DNA of 64,000 nt, from assembly GCF_000002075.1 (NCBI RefSeq), contig NW_004797730.1, positions 421,145-485,144 of the forward strand, given 5' to 3'. Of this stretch, positions 1-12,200 are shown piece by piece. Below the pieces are notes generated by a model. The model was not told where the DNA came from. It searched no databases and worked only from the letters and a program-made list of their open reading frames with translations. The stretch comes from Aplysia californica. Its lineage: Eukaryota. The position numbers and the translations under genes were made by a program. Each line of letters starts with the position of its first letter. Positions within the stretch are counted from its first letter, which is position 1.

Positions 1-2334
1 TATATAATATACACATGTTGGTGCATTTTTTTTGCGCCTCCATCGACACAATTTCGATAATGAAGTTAGGAGGTAGGGTTTTGACTTTTGACCCTGTCTG
101 GCAGGGCCATACTATGTAACTATGGCAAGGCTGAAAGAGAGGGATAGCCTACGAAGTCCAGGCAGAAAAACCGAGATAGACTTACAAAATCACAAAATCA
201 TATTCTCCCTACATAGGAATCTACCCCAGGTCCTCTGCGTGCGACGGTGAAGCGTTTACAACTGCGGACAGGACGGTCGATACGCAAGAAAAAAATGCGT
301 TTCATGGGATCATCTCTGAAAAAAAAATGTGTTTCGTCACATCACATTGGAAATAAATGCGTTTTAACGAATCTAAAATGCTAATATATTTTTAAAAAAC
401 TAGTCACAGTTTGGCTTTCATATATTGATATCCTTATTTGTCTTTCGGCATGTAGAAATCATGTGGAATTTTTTTTTTTAATCCCACAAAAACGGAAAAA
501 TTATGCTTTTTATCATATCACAGCAGTAGGCTACACCACAGATGCCAGTAGAACAAGGATATTAAAAGTAACAATGTCCAAAAAAACATAGCCTACTAAG
601 TACACGTCGATCTTATTTTTTTAAATTAAGGGAAGAGAACTTGGGCTCCTGTCGAAATAAAGTGTTTTGTCTGTTGGTGTCCTTGGGGAAAAAACTCGGC
701 AATCTTAAAAAAACGTCGAACTGAGAAGGCCTACAGCAAGGTGGAATGTGCAAAACTTTTACCGTTGAAACGAAACTCGCTGTTATATTTCGTTTCGTTG
801 ATATTTTGATCGAGTTAGTGATCCAATTTTGGCTACTTCCGTGCCACTCTCTCCTGCAAAAAAGCCAAACTTAGTGCTGCAGATCCATGGAGATTTTCAA
901 CAACAAGGTTCGTTCGGATTATGTACCTTTGCTTGCCAAGGGAATTTAGTGAGTTGTTTGTATTGCTTTTATTTGGAAAGTCATTAGTTTCCTGGAGGTG
1001 AGCTTTTCTTTGCCTAACATAATCAATGCTTTTCATCTTGAAGTTATCAGGTTTGTCAAGACAGGTCTGCACATAAGACGATAAGAACTGAAAGACCTGC
1101 GGGAAGAAGTTAAAAAATGGCGTTGCCGTTGTGTATTGTTGTATCCTTGTCGTTGATTCGGCTTATAGAAGAGCCTGCTACCCTACACACTGATTATTGA
1201 AAGCGAGCTCTTCCATCTGTAATGTCTATGGACATGGTGGTAATAATGCCAACTTTTTCACTTGCTAGTATTATACTGAAGAAGACGCTTGTTGGTGTGT
1301 ATCTTCACAAGTCAAGGGTAGACTAAGAAAGAAGTATCCGAAGTTAAAGTGAAATAAATAGTAAGCTACACTGTTTATTGTTTATTCGATGTTATATTTT
1401 TTAAATTGCAGGCTGAAATTAGATTGTGGCCAGACACTAGACAATAGAAAAACGGTTGACTGGGTTTATTGTTATAAAAGGCAATAATAATTAAGTAAGG
1501 AGCTTGGCATAATATATGAGTTTCTTAGAAAAAGAAAATTACAATTTTACGAGATCCTTATACAAAGATCTACTTTAAATGATGAAGTATAATTAAAGCA
1601 GTAATTGGTGTATGAGTATGTTGGGTTAGAAATAAATAGGTCAGTGCAGGACTACTGTAAAAAAAAAGATGTGTAGTTGTATAAAAAAATTGTCTCTATT
1701 AAAAGTACGTGGCCTGTTAAATCATATTTGCCCTTAATTTTCTTCTTTTATTGAAAAACCTTTATTTTTGAAAGATGATTTAAGGTGGAATGTTAAGGTT
1801 TTTAAAAATGAGTGAAGGTTGACACCTTGATTATAATACCATACCAGCCGACTTCCCTTAATACATTTTTGTGTTTCAAGATGGGTTCAGTAGAATTTTA
1901 ATTTTCAAGTAAAAAAAGATAACTATCAGTGGTTCTAATTCTAATTTTAAGTACCGTAATACAGTGTTTCTTGTTTATCAGATTTGCATTTGTTTAGCCT
2001 ACTATTAATTTTAGCGTGTGGCTATTCTCCGGCATCACATTGCACATGTCGCTTCTCCGCAGCTTTTAATCTCCCAATTATGGCCGTTTTATTGCTACTG
2101 AGTTCAGTCCCAGATGCGCCTTCTTGTACTTCTGGTTGTGACTGAGGGTTGTTGGTGCTTCTGGTGCTGTCACTTCGACTCAGATATTCCTCCTTCTTCT
2201 GTCACTGGAGCTTTCATATTGAATAGAGGCCGCATGTCCACCTATGATGAATCACATTTGGAAGAAATGCAGACCCTGATGAGTACTTGTGTAGGGCCAT
2301 AAGATGCCGACAGGGGAGATGGAGATGTTGCTTT

Positions 2335-2676
2335 TAAGAAAATTATAATATCGTACCCATCTTTCATGAAAAGAGGTCTCAACTGAAACGGACGAGGTTG
2401 GTTAACCTGGTGTCAGAAGTAAATATTGAGAAAATAGCCTCCAAAGTTTGGTTACTTCCAAAGTGCCATGGTTTCCTTGGAAAAGAACATTTACATTTTT
2501 TGTGCCTTTCATCAACATTTTTTAGTAGTATCCATTCAAGAATATGTTTTGAAGTGGACGAAAAAGTGTTGAGCCCAAAACGACAAATCGATAAAAATTG
2601 ACAAATGGGCGGAAAAATGCCCATTTCTTCAATTTTATTACTTTGACGAAGGTGTGATTTCATCACAATGCCACAC
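2335..2676 (-). mobile_element. MITE family C, old truncated copy
   Basis: recognisable body and one degenerate TIR. Confidence 0.6.
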
Positions 2677-2772
2677 ATTTTTTTGTGTGTAATGTTAAAA
2701 CAAACACGTGTGGCAGGAAAAGGCAAACAAACCGGACCACCGTCTAAACAGCGTTTACTCTAACAATTATGT

Positions 2773-2785
2773 GTAACCTGGCAAC
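2773..2785. promoter_or_regulatory. RFX X-box
   Basis: GTAACC-T-GGCAAC fits GTNRCC-N(0-3)-RGYAAC, ~255 nt upstream of the ATG; forkhead-type GCAAACA at 2723-2729. Confidence 0.55.
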
Positions 2786-3038
2786 TCTTCTCTTTCCTTT
2801 TGAAAAAGAACAAATGAGTTCTCAAGTAGCATAAAACATTTATGCTTTCATATTTGGGACAGAGATTGAATGATTACTTTAAATATTTGTATTGATTTTT
2901 CTTCTCAGATTTCAAGTTCAAGAGCATAGTTTACTGATTCTGTGCTATAATGTAGAGATTATACCACAGCTCAGCAGTGCATTATCTTACATAGCTGCCT
3001 TGTGACAGGGTGCGGCAGACTGCAAATGCTGAGCTAAA

Positions 3039-3248
3039 ATGTTGAAGCTCAATAATCTACTCCATAGTATCAGGCCATCAGACGATAGTCCAGACACAGA
3101 CAGAAAAGATGATAATCTTAAGAAAAAACGAAATAACACGGAAAAAACGGAATTGGAAATTCTCGTACAAAGGAAACAGAATGAAGTCAGAACCAAAGCT
3201 GCTCACCACTGGGCCATACTAAGAGCTTCAGTATGTTCTGCAAAGGAG
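3039..3248 (+). CDS. WDR97: WDR97 coding exon 1
   Basis: ATG 3039, MLKLNN...[15 protein letters not shown]; donor GTGAGT 3249, phase 0; possible upstream acceptor AG at 2907-2908. Confidence 0.8.
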
Positions 3249-6200
3249 GTGAGTAAATATTTGAGCATGGGGGTTGAAATTACTTTTTTGATATCTTTTA
3301 GCATATTGCTATTAAATGTTTTCAGTATAATCTTAATTAAATGAAAAAGGAAACAAGATGATTAGACTCTGTCCCAGATGAGGAACTCTTGTGAAACATA
3401 ATGACAAATATTATAATGTTCATGCACTGCTAATTATTCAAATAGTGTAAACAGGTCCATTTGTTAGGTACATGTTTTTCTTACAGAATTTACATTTCTA
3501 TTTGAGAGTTTAAAATTTTGTTTTATATTGAAGTGAGCTATTTCATGTTTTGTTTACAATATGTTAGAGAGTTGCCTGTTGTATGCATACACATACGATC
3601 ATCATTGATGCTTGAATATATACCTTCAATTTTTTAATGAAACTGCTTTAAAATTGTACTTTCCTTCATCATTTTTATTCAAGTGATTATTGTTTGTTGC
3701 ATTTGATTCTGTAATTCTGTAGTTTCTCTTTCTTAAAAAAAAAAATTTGTTCAGATAATTAATCATTTTTCAAATATGTAATAGGGAATTTGAAAAGCAA
3801 GCTTTGTGCAAATATAAACTTTTTCAACTAGCAATGCTTGGATGATCTATAAATAAGGAAGAAAACACTGACGTTATTTACAACCTATCCATATTGTTGC
3901 ATTCTTTCCGTCTCGTTTAGGCTGTGCAGGCAGCAGAAGCCAAAGACGTGGTTATCACACATGGGATCCACAGAGACAGAAAGCTGAACCATCAGCAGCA
4001 CTTGACACATGTCATCTACATCTCTGAACACAAGGTTGGTTGATATACCATGCCATTAAAGCTAGTTGCACTCACAAGTGGACCTCGAAAGACCGTCATG
4101 TTATGATTATTGCATATTTTTTTCAGATGGGGGATAGAAATATTATTTATGGTTGACCTCCTGAAACTTTTTGAAATGTTATACAATCCTTGGGATGCAA
4201 GGGATTGAGATGATAATATTATTTTTCTGTCTAGATGCTACATGGTCTCTCTTTTTTTATAATGTATATTTCAGTTGAACTTGATAACTGTGATGCAATA
4301 CTGTCCAAGTGGGTGGTTGGCAGGTTCTCTGATGTGGTTTGCTTCGTTCCTGTCAAACATCTATCATCTTTATCTCCCCTCCTTCTTTTTTGTGTTTGTT
4401 ACTCTCTTGTAACACCTCTAATCTTTCGGCACCTATATGATCTTATTGTGTTGCAACTGCCGTAAAACTCTTACTAAAACTAAATCTAATACTGTCCAAA
4501 CCACGCCTGTTACAAGCTCAACTATTTGCAGAATAGACAATTTCAGTATCAGGATGCGCAGCTATCATAGTTGTTTTTCAGTAATAACAGGTTTTATTTT
4601 TAGAAGTTGAACGTATGATATCTTCAGAGGCTCCCGTATTCTTTCTTTCCCTGTATTTTCTAGAGGTTTTTTTGTTGTTGGTCACTTTGTGATGAAAAGT
4701 GATGTTGGGTAAATATTAAAGGAAAACCTTCTTTCCTGCAAGTGATGAATATTTTGAAGGAGGGAGTGCAGAGAATGAAAATTGTGTGACTTATGTGACA
4801 AGAGAGTCAGCTGATATTATAGAGTCAAAATTGAATTTGTTCGGTTGTCTTTAGAAGGGTAGTCACTCTATGTGCCGGTATGCTGTTTACTTGGTGGGAA
4901 AATGTTCGGTGGCCTAGTGGTTAGTCTCTCGGACTCGCAACCGTAAGGTTGTGGGTTCGAATCCCGTCAGGGGCCCGACGTTGTGTCCTTGGGAAAGACA
5001 CTTTACACAAATTTTCCTCACTTCACCCAGGTGGGAATGGGTACCCGGCTATAGACAGCGAAAGATCTTGTCAGTTTGTTAGTGTTTGAGCGCTTAATCA
5101 GCTGCTTGCACTGTATGCTTCCCGGGAAGCTGAGAATGTTTCGGAGTGTTCTGTGGTCTGCTCGGGTAATAATAGTTGTAAAGTGCATAGAGCCTGCAGT
5201 TGAGCGGGGATATGCGCTATACAAATGCTATTTATTATTATTATTATGAATGTCTAAGAACTGTCACTTATTCTCTATCTTGATATTGTTGCACCACAGC
5301 CTATTTTTGACACCATCATTTTCTTCACGACTTTTTTTCACCTTCAGGAGTACCTGACTTGCGACGGTCAATACTTCAGATTTTTCCATGAGGATGGAAG
5401 GAAAAAAGATGTCATTGATGCAGAGGAAGGGATGAATCGTGTTGTTTATGCAAATCAGACGAATCAGTTTGTTGGCTGGGTTCATGGCCAAGAGGACGTT
5501 TTTGTAAGTTTGGAATTTTAAGCCAAATCTTCTGTTCAAATGTTGAATTACAGTTCATTTGTAGGCATCCACTGCTTTGTGAAATAGGGAAAAATACCTA
5601 ATGCATATTTGTGAAAGCCTTAATGATCTCAACTTAGCTTAAAATGTCCCTTAAAGCTTTCAAACGTTGCTACACTTACATACCATCTTATTCAGGCACA
5701 AAAAACTAGAGGACCGAAATAGGCATTTTTTTCCTTTTATAAAGTTACAGGAAATAAAAGAAAGTATAAACATTGTGAAATCGAAGCTGTCACTGGCCCC
5801 AGAGAGATTAAAGTATTATATAAATGTAGTGTCCTAGATACAGTTATCACACCAAGTACGGTAATAGTATTTCAAGTCGTAGTTTCCTGCCTGTGTGTTA
5901 TGCAATGTAGGTCAATTAAACAAAGAAAGTCTCAGAACACCCGTTCATGGATGTCACATGTGTTTTTCTTATTGTGCTAGCCCCTACAACATAACAATAA
6001 ATAGGTTGTGGTCCTCATGAACAATGTATAAATAAAGCTGAACTGAACAGTATGATATCTGTTGAGCTCTTTGATTGCTTACATAGTTTTGTTATACTAT
6101 AGCAAACATTTTTTGCCTGTCCAGGAGTCAGCACAAAAGCTTATAGAAAACTTATAAAAATCAAATTTTTAAATCACATTTGTCTTCACTGCACTGATGA

Positions 6201-9200
6201 CTTTCTAATCTATCAGCTCCTGTCTCGGACTTTCGTCATACGCTCCCAATCGAAGGCTGTTGGTCGGATACTTTTAGGAACATACAACCACAATACCGGA
6301 GAACTCATCACAGTTGGACCTCATTTTATTACGGTATGTTGAATCTGTACCGCTTTTGCTGCATTTCCCATTTTAGTTAATGTTACAGTTTGCATACAAA
6401 TGTTTTTTTAAAACTTTTTTTTTTTTACCTTTTATGATTGTTAAAGTTCTGTATTTTGTTTTATCAAATTAAAAAAAAAACAGTTCATTTTTAGTTTGTT
6501 AGTATTACATGATAAATTAATAGACTATTTTTCTGACCATTTAATTATATTGCATATTATGTGTGTTGTATCTTATTTGTTAAATAACAAAATTGTTCAT
6601 GTATCTTGTATTTTGTTGTCTGGGATCATCTATAACTTCAATAATGTCTCTACTGCAATAAATTATTGCTGAACTACATAAAGTTTTTCGTGTCCCAAAA
6701 ATTTACAAAAAGTGTTCGGAAGAGAAACTATCTCGTAGTTTGTGGGTATAAATTTTGCTCTTTTTTCAATCTGTTTTCATTATGACGAGAAATAAACCGC
6801 CAGACTGTCCAAATTTTTTCTTCTTCCTAAACTAACAATAATTTAGTCAGTATAAAAATATGTAGAGTACCTTTGAAAAACTGCAAGGCAAGGGACATTT
6901 GAAACCAGTAAAGATAATGGTCACATACCTGACCTGACCATCAATGATTTCTTTATAGAGGCACCAGCCAATGGTCACATACATAAATATCAATCGCGCT
7001 GCAGGTTGAAGAAGAAGAACTCGACAACCCCTGACTTCTAGTGCGAAAACACGAAGAAACAGAAGAAGAAAATGCCCATGCGTGTATTTTTTCAACTTGA
7101 CCCAATAAATAGGCTTATCTTAAGATTCTTTTTTTTCACTCGTAGTGCTGGGCATTTCGATATGGAGCTCGTCACCTTATCGCAAGGAAGACAACAAAGA
7201 CCAACTTTGGAGAGAGGAAAATGTTCAAGATGATGGTGCTGGAAGAAACAGCAAGCAGAACACAGCGTATGTTCTTTGCTCAGGGCAATGGAGTGGTGGT
7301 AAGCTTTTATGAATTGATTACTTTTTACCATGGAAAAGGTCATTACATCCATATATGTTTACAAGTCACAGTTTTTATTCATCCCAAAGAAAAATTTGTG
7401 TTACATTTCTAAGCCCAAACAGTTAGATACTATATTATGGTAACACTTCTTAAGCACTAATGTTAGTGACCCTCCCAATCTCATCAAAGGTGCTGCAGAT
7501 GGCAGTATCCCTATTTATGTGATCACCACGGGTCATCAGTAAATGATTCTTTTAGCTTCAGCTACTGTCAGGAAGTTCATGTCAAACAGGATTGTCAATA
7601 CACAGATATAAACTCCAAATTTAGTGATACTTGACAAGGTTGGCAAAGTACCCTTCAATGTTTGGGACAAAATGTTGCGCAACCCGGTTTAATCAGGCGC
7701 TCGTCAATTTTTGGACATGTGGAGTTATTGGTATAATTTTAAAGCTTGTTCATTTGTCTTGCTGACCGTATAAATGATACGCGTCTATCTGGAATAGAAG
7801 ATGGCATATTTGTGGTTAAAGGAGGTAGGGGTTGCCTTTTTTTAGAAGTAAAATTCGTGAGAAAATGTCCGCCAAAGTTTGATAACTTCAATGGCTTAAG
7901 AGTCCTTGAAAACTGAAAATCTACCTATTTTGCGCCTTTAAACAAAGTTTTTCTGTAAAATTCACTTGGAAATGTGTTTTTATACAGACATAAAAGGTGT
8001 TGGGCTCAAAAACAAAAATTCGATAAAAATTGCCAAACTGGCGGAAAAATGCCTGTTTCTTCCATTTCGATATTTTGACGAGCGCCTGATTTCACCACGA
8101 CGTGTCACAAATGATTTTCAGACATTGTCAAAATTTGCCAAAGCTCAATATGAAGAGTTTAAAGAGTTCTGTCTCCTTATCGCTTAGTAGAAAGAAAATC
8201 TTTGAACCTTTCATCCTTACGAGAATTCACAGACTTTTCCTTTTGTTTATCAGGTGTACAACATTTTCTCTGGTCTTGAGGTAGACCACAAGAAAGAGCT
8301 GCATGCCCAGCCAGTCACAGCCCTGACTTTCTTCAACCCTCTCAAGTATGTCATCACAGGAGCCAAGGATGGATGCAGTGAGTCATTCTGTTCTGTATTC
8401 TTCTCATTTCTGTCCCAGTTCGTCAGTGTCACTCTCGGATGGTTAATTCTATATCCCTTAAATCCACTCTGACTGGCTGCTTTCAGTGAGTGTGTGTTCT
8501 TGTTGTTCCTGGTAGTGTGTTTGTTGTGCACTTGTCTCCTATCTGCTCCTCTCATCTTCAGAGACGTGCATGTGTCTTACCATTCATGAAGTTAGAGTGG
8601 GTTGTTGGAAAATGATTTCTGTGGCTTTATAATGGAGTACTGAGGAATTTAAATAAATTAAACTTTATATCAATGTTAAGGCCTTTGGTCCAGACACGGT
8701 TATTGAGAGCAAAAATATATTTTACTTGAGTGTGACTTCTCCTTGAAATAGATACAATATGTGCAGAATTGAATTGTTACCTGTCAAGCTCTGAAGTGCC
8801 TCCATTGGGTTTTCAATATTCCAACTGCAATGTGATAATGTTATGCTACAATGCTAGAATGCTTTTATTGTTTAAAAAAAATGACACAACTGCCTTTCAG
8901 GTTTTGAAGCCTTTAAAGAACAAAGTCACATTGTAATTTCAAAATAACTCAATTACATTTCATGTGTCAAATATGATGTATAGACTTGGCCTGCCTATGC
9001 TGAAAAGATTGAAATACATTCAACTTTTAAAGTTACTCGGTTGAGCCATAAATATGAAGAAGAAACTTTAAAGTACCCTAAAAATCACCCATTTGTTGTT
9101 CATATTTAGAACTGCACAATGACATTTATTTTTGAATTTCTGAATCAATAACTGGATATGCGCAAGGTTAGGGTAAGACCACGTTAAGGACAGACAACAT

Positions 9201-12200
9201 GACAATTCTAATCGTCCATGTCATCCATGGTAAAAACTGACAACATTAACAATGGACAATTTCTACGACCTTCTATCTTCAGACATGGTGAATACCAGGA
9301 GAAAGATGTTGTTTTTTGCTATGGTTCAGGAGGAGACAATATAGATAGGCTAACATTCTAAAAAATATGGTATTCGCCCAATATTACGACAGCGTGAGAC
9401 TCGATGAATTTCATCATTTATACCCGCAATTGTTTGAAGATGAACAATTCTTGAACTTTTTTCGAATGAGTCGTTCTTCATTCATGTTTGCAATACACAA
9501 AGCACAACAAGACATGTACGATTGTTTACCTTTTAGTGACATTGCTTCATAGCTATTTATAGACAACTAGTGGGAAAAGTGGAGGAGATGCGTGGAAAGG
9601 GACATGAGAGAAATGAAGCTCACTTGGAACGAGCTTGGAAGGATGGCTCAGAACAGAGATAAATGGAAGGAGCTTGTATGTGGCCTATACCCTGACGGGG
9701 GTGAAAGGCATTGATGATGACTAGTGGGAAAAGAGAAGTAATTCTGAGAGGCACTAGTTGATGAGATTATTTCCCTTGAAACAAACGGACAAAAGATTTG
9801 AAACATGTTCTCTGGGAATCGTGTCGTCTGTGACGTGGAAAGTCGTGTCGGTGTCAACGTGGTATCGCAAAACGGTTTTGTTCTATTTTACTCCCTTCTT
9901 TGTTTCACTTTTTCTGCCAACTGCGAATTGTTGTACCTTATGTCGTGTCGTCTCTCCCTAACATGGTCTTGTCCTTAGGAGGCCAATGTTTACTTTTGCC
10001 TTGAAAATAGGCAGGAATTAATGAAGATAATTAACAAAATAACAATATTGAATTTTTTAATAATGGTTTTAAAAAAAATTTATTTAAAAACCACACTCAC
10101 ACTCTATTCTTTTGCGTATATTTCAGTCAAAATCTGGGACAGCAGCTGGAAAGTTAAGATGGTGTTTGTTGGCCACAATGATGCTATCAACTTTCTCAAG
10201 ATTTACCCACACGGACCAGCTTTCATTTCTGCTTCCCTTGACTGTACTATCCGCGTCTGGAACATGGATACTTGTGATGAAGTTGATAAGTACGGTTTCA
10301 CTTCTGGCGCTGAAAAGTCATTTTTTCATTTTTATAGTTTAGAAAAAAATTGCTTTTTATTTATTCTGTCTGCTTGACAACATAAGTTCTAAAGCAAGGT
10401 ACAAAACAAGGATGGAGACCAGAATGAAACAAAGTTTGAAATACATCACGTTGAAATAAAAGAACACCATAACATGAAATGTCAACAGGAAAAATGTTAC
10501 TCCAAGTTTCCAAGCTTGTTGGGCTTGTAAGCTAGTTAGGAGATAATTTTTGAAACTTCTGAATTATTTTCAGAGAATATTTTCGTGATGAATATCAACA
10601 ATTAAGTTTACAGCTCATAAATTATAAAACAAACTCAAGGAGACCTCATCTTGGATTATTTGTTACTCACCAGGGGAAGGATTTTTAAAATCCTGCAAAA
10701 AATATTTGTGCATGCACTTGGAATTATCTCACAGCCGTTCTATTTCTCTGTTGCAACAGTTTCATCTTTATTTTCTCGTGGAAAGATGAAAGAAAGCAAT
10801 GTCCAACACTTTATCTTTTTGAAGACCATTTAATTTACTTCGTATGCTTGATTTGTGTGGTATTTCTTGCAATTTTTGTCTTCTTCTGCCTCCCATTGCG
10901 ATAAGTTCATAGCAGAGATGCAGCTTTAGCAATCTCAGTAAATCCTTGAAAAGCAAGTTCTTTGAAATTTACTGTAGAGGAAGTGAGCTCCTGACCAGAC
11001 TGTGCTTGTCTGCCTTCTATCTTCTGCACCCCCAATCTCTGTACTGGTGTTTTCCCTTCCTCTTTTTTACACTTTACTAAAGCTTACTTACTGATTTAGA
11101 AATTACCTAGTGGGTGGTTGGCGGGTGCTGTGGTGTGGTTTGCTTCTTCTTTCCTATCAAACGTCTATCGTCCTTATCTCCCCTCCTTCTTTTTCATGTT
11201 TGTTACTCTCTTGTTACACCTCTAATCTTCTGGCGCTCATATGACCTTATGCAGTTGCGAGCGCTGTGAAACCTCTACTGAAACAAACAAACAGAAATTA
11301 CCTAGTAGTGTATGCAAATATAACAAATTATTTACCCAGAGATATTATCCTTACTTTACAGGACAGCCATCAGTGAGCCCATAGAAGGGATGGGCACTGA
11401 GATGAACTACAACATCTTCTACACCTATGCAGGGAAACATGTTGACCTGTGGAAACTGCAGCATCTGTTCCACATACACACCAACATAGGGTGAGGGCAG
11501 TGTGTCATGTGCTGACCTGTCGCTGCCTCAGAATTACAAAGTTCTGTGTGCTCAATACCTAGTTATGGGAAATCTGACGTCTAACGTTTAGAGTTTCACA
11601 ACATGTCGAGTTTTTTCAGATGCAATTCTTTGAATATCTTGATAATGGCTCCAAATATTTTTACGATTTTGATAGAGCAGACTACATTTGTGAGGCAGCG
11701 TGGTGGAATCAGGCTCTCATCAAAATAATGAAATCGAAGAAAACAGCAGTTTTCTCCCTGCTTAGCAATTTTTTATCAAATTTTGTTTTTGGCTCAATAC
11801 CTTTTATGTCCATTTACAAACACATTCATTTGAGGATTTCACCGAAAAAGGTTGATTAAAGGCACAAAAATATAAATTTACAGTTTCCATGGACTCTCCA
11901 GCTTTGGAATTTACCAAGCTTTGACGGCCATTTTCTGGCTAATTTTACCTCTTAAACCAGGTGACCGCCACCTCCTTCAATCCAAAATATCTCCACTTCT
12001 GTTGAAGATGGATGAATAATTTTTTCAATGAAAGCAAGACAAATGAACAAGCTTTAAGATGATTTCAATAACTCTACATGCTCAAAAATTGACGAGAGCT
12101 TGATTCCACCACACTGCCTCACATTTGGTTTCTGACCCAAAATGTCAGATAGAACTTTGTAATTCTGAGTTAGCGCAGAGTCCGTGGTGTGATTCTTACA

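Noticed and set aside
833-1072. 79-aa minus-strand ORF as a gene
   Set aside because: No recognisable domain or splice context; non-ATG start.
2020-2330. GC-richer stretch as a WDR97 exon
   Set aside because: No coherent frame with splice sites; may be an old retroelement remnant that I cannot classify.
4742-4814. C/D box snoRNA (TGATGA...CTGA)
   Set aside because: No terminal stem or recognisable guide sequence.
4904-4975. tRNA gene (also 40197, 22749, 60254)
   Set aside because: A/B boxes continue into SINE bodies and tails, mostly with TSDs; no convincing full cloverleaf.
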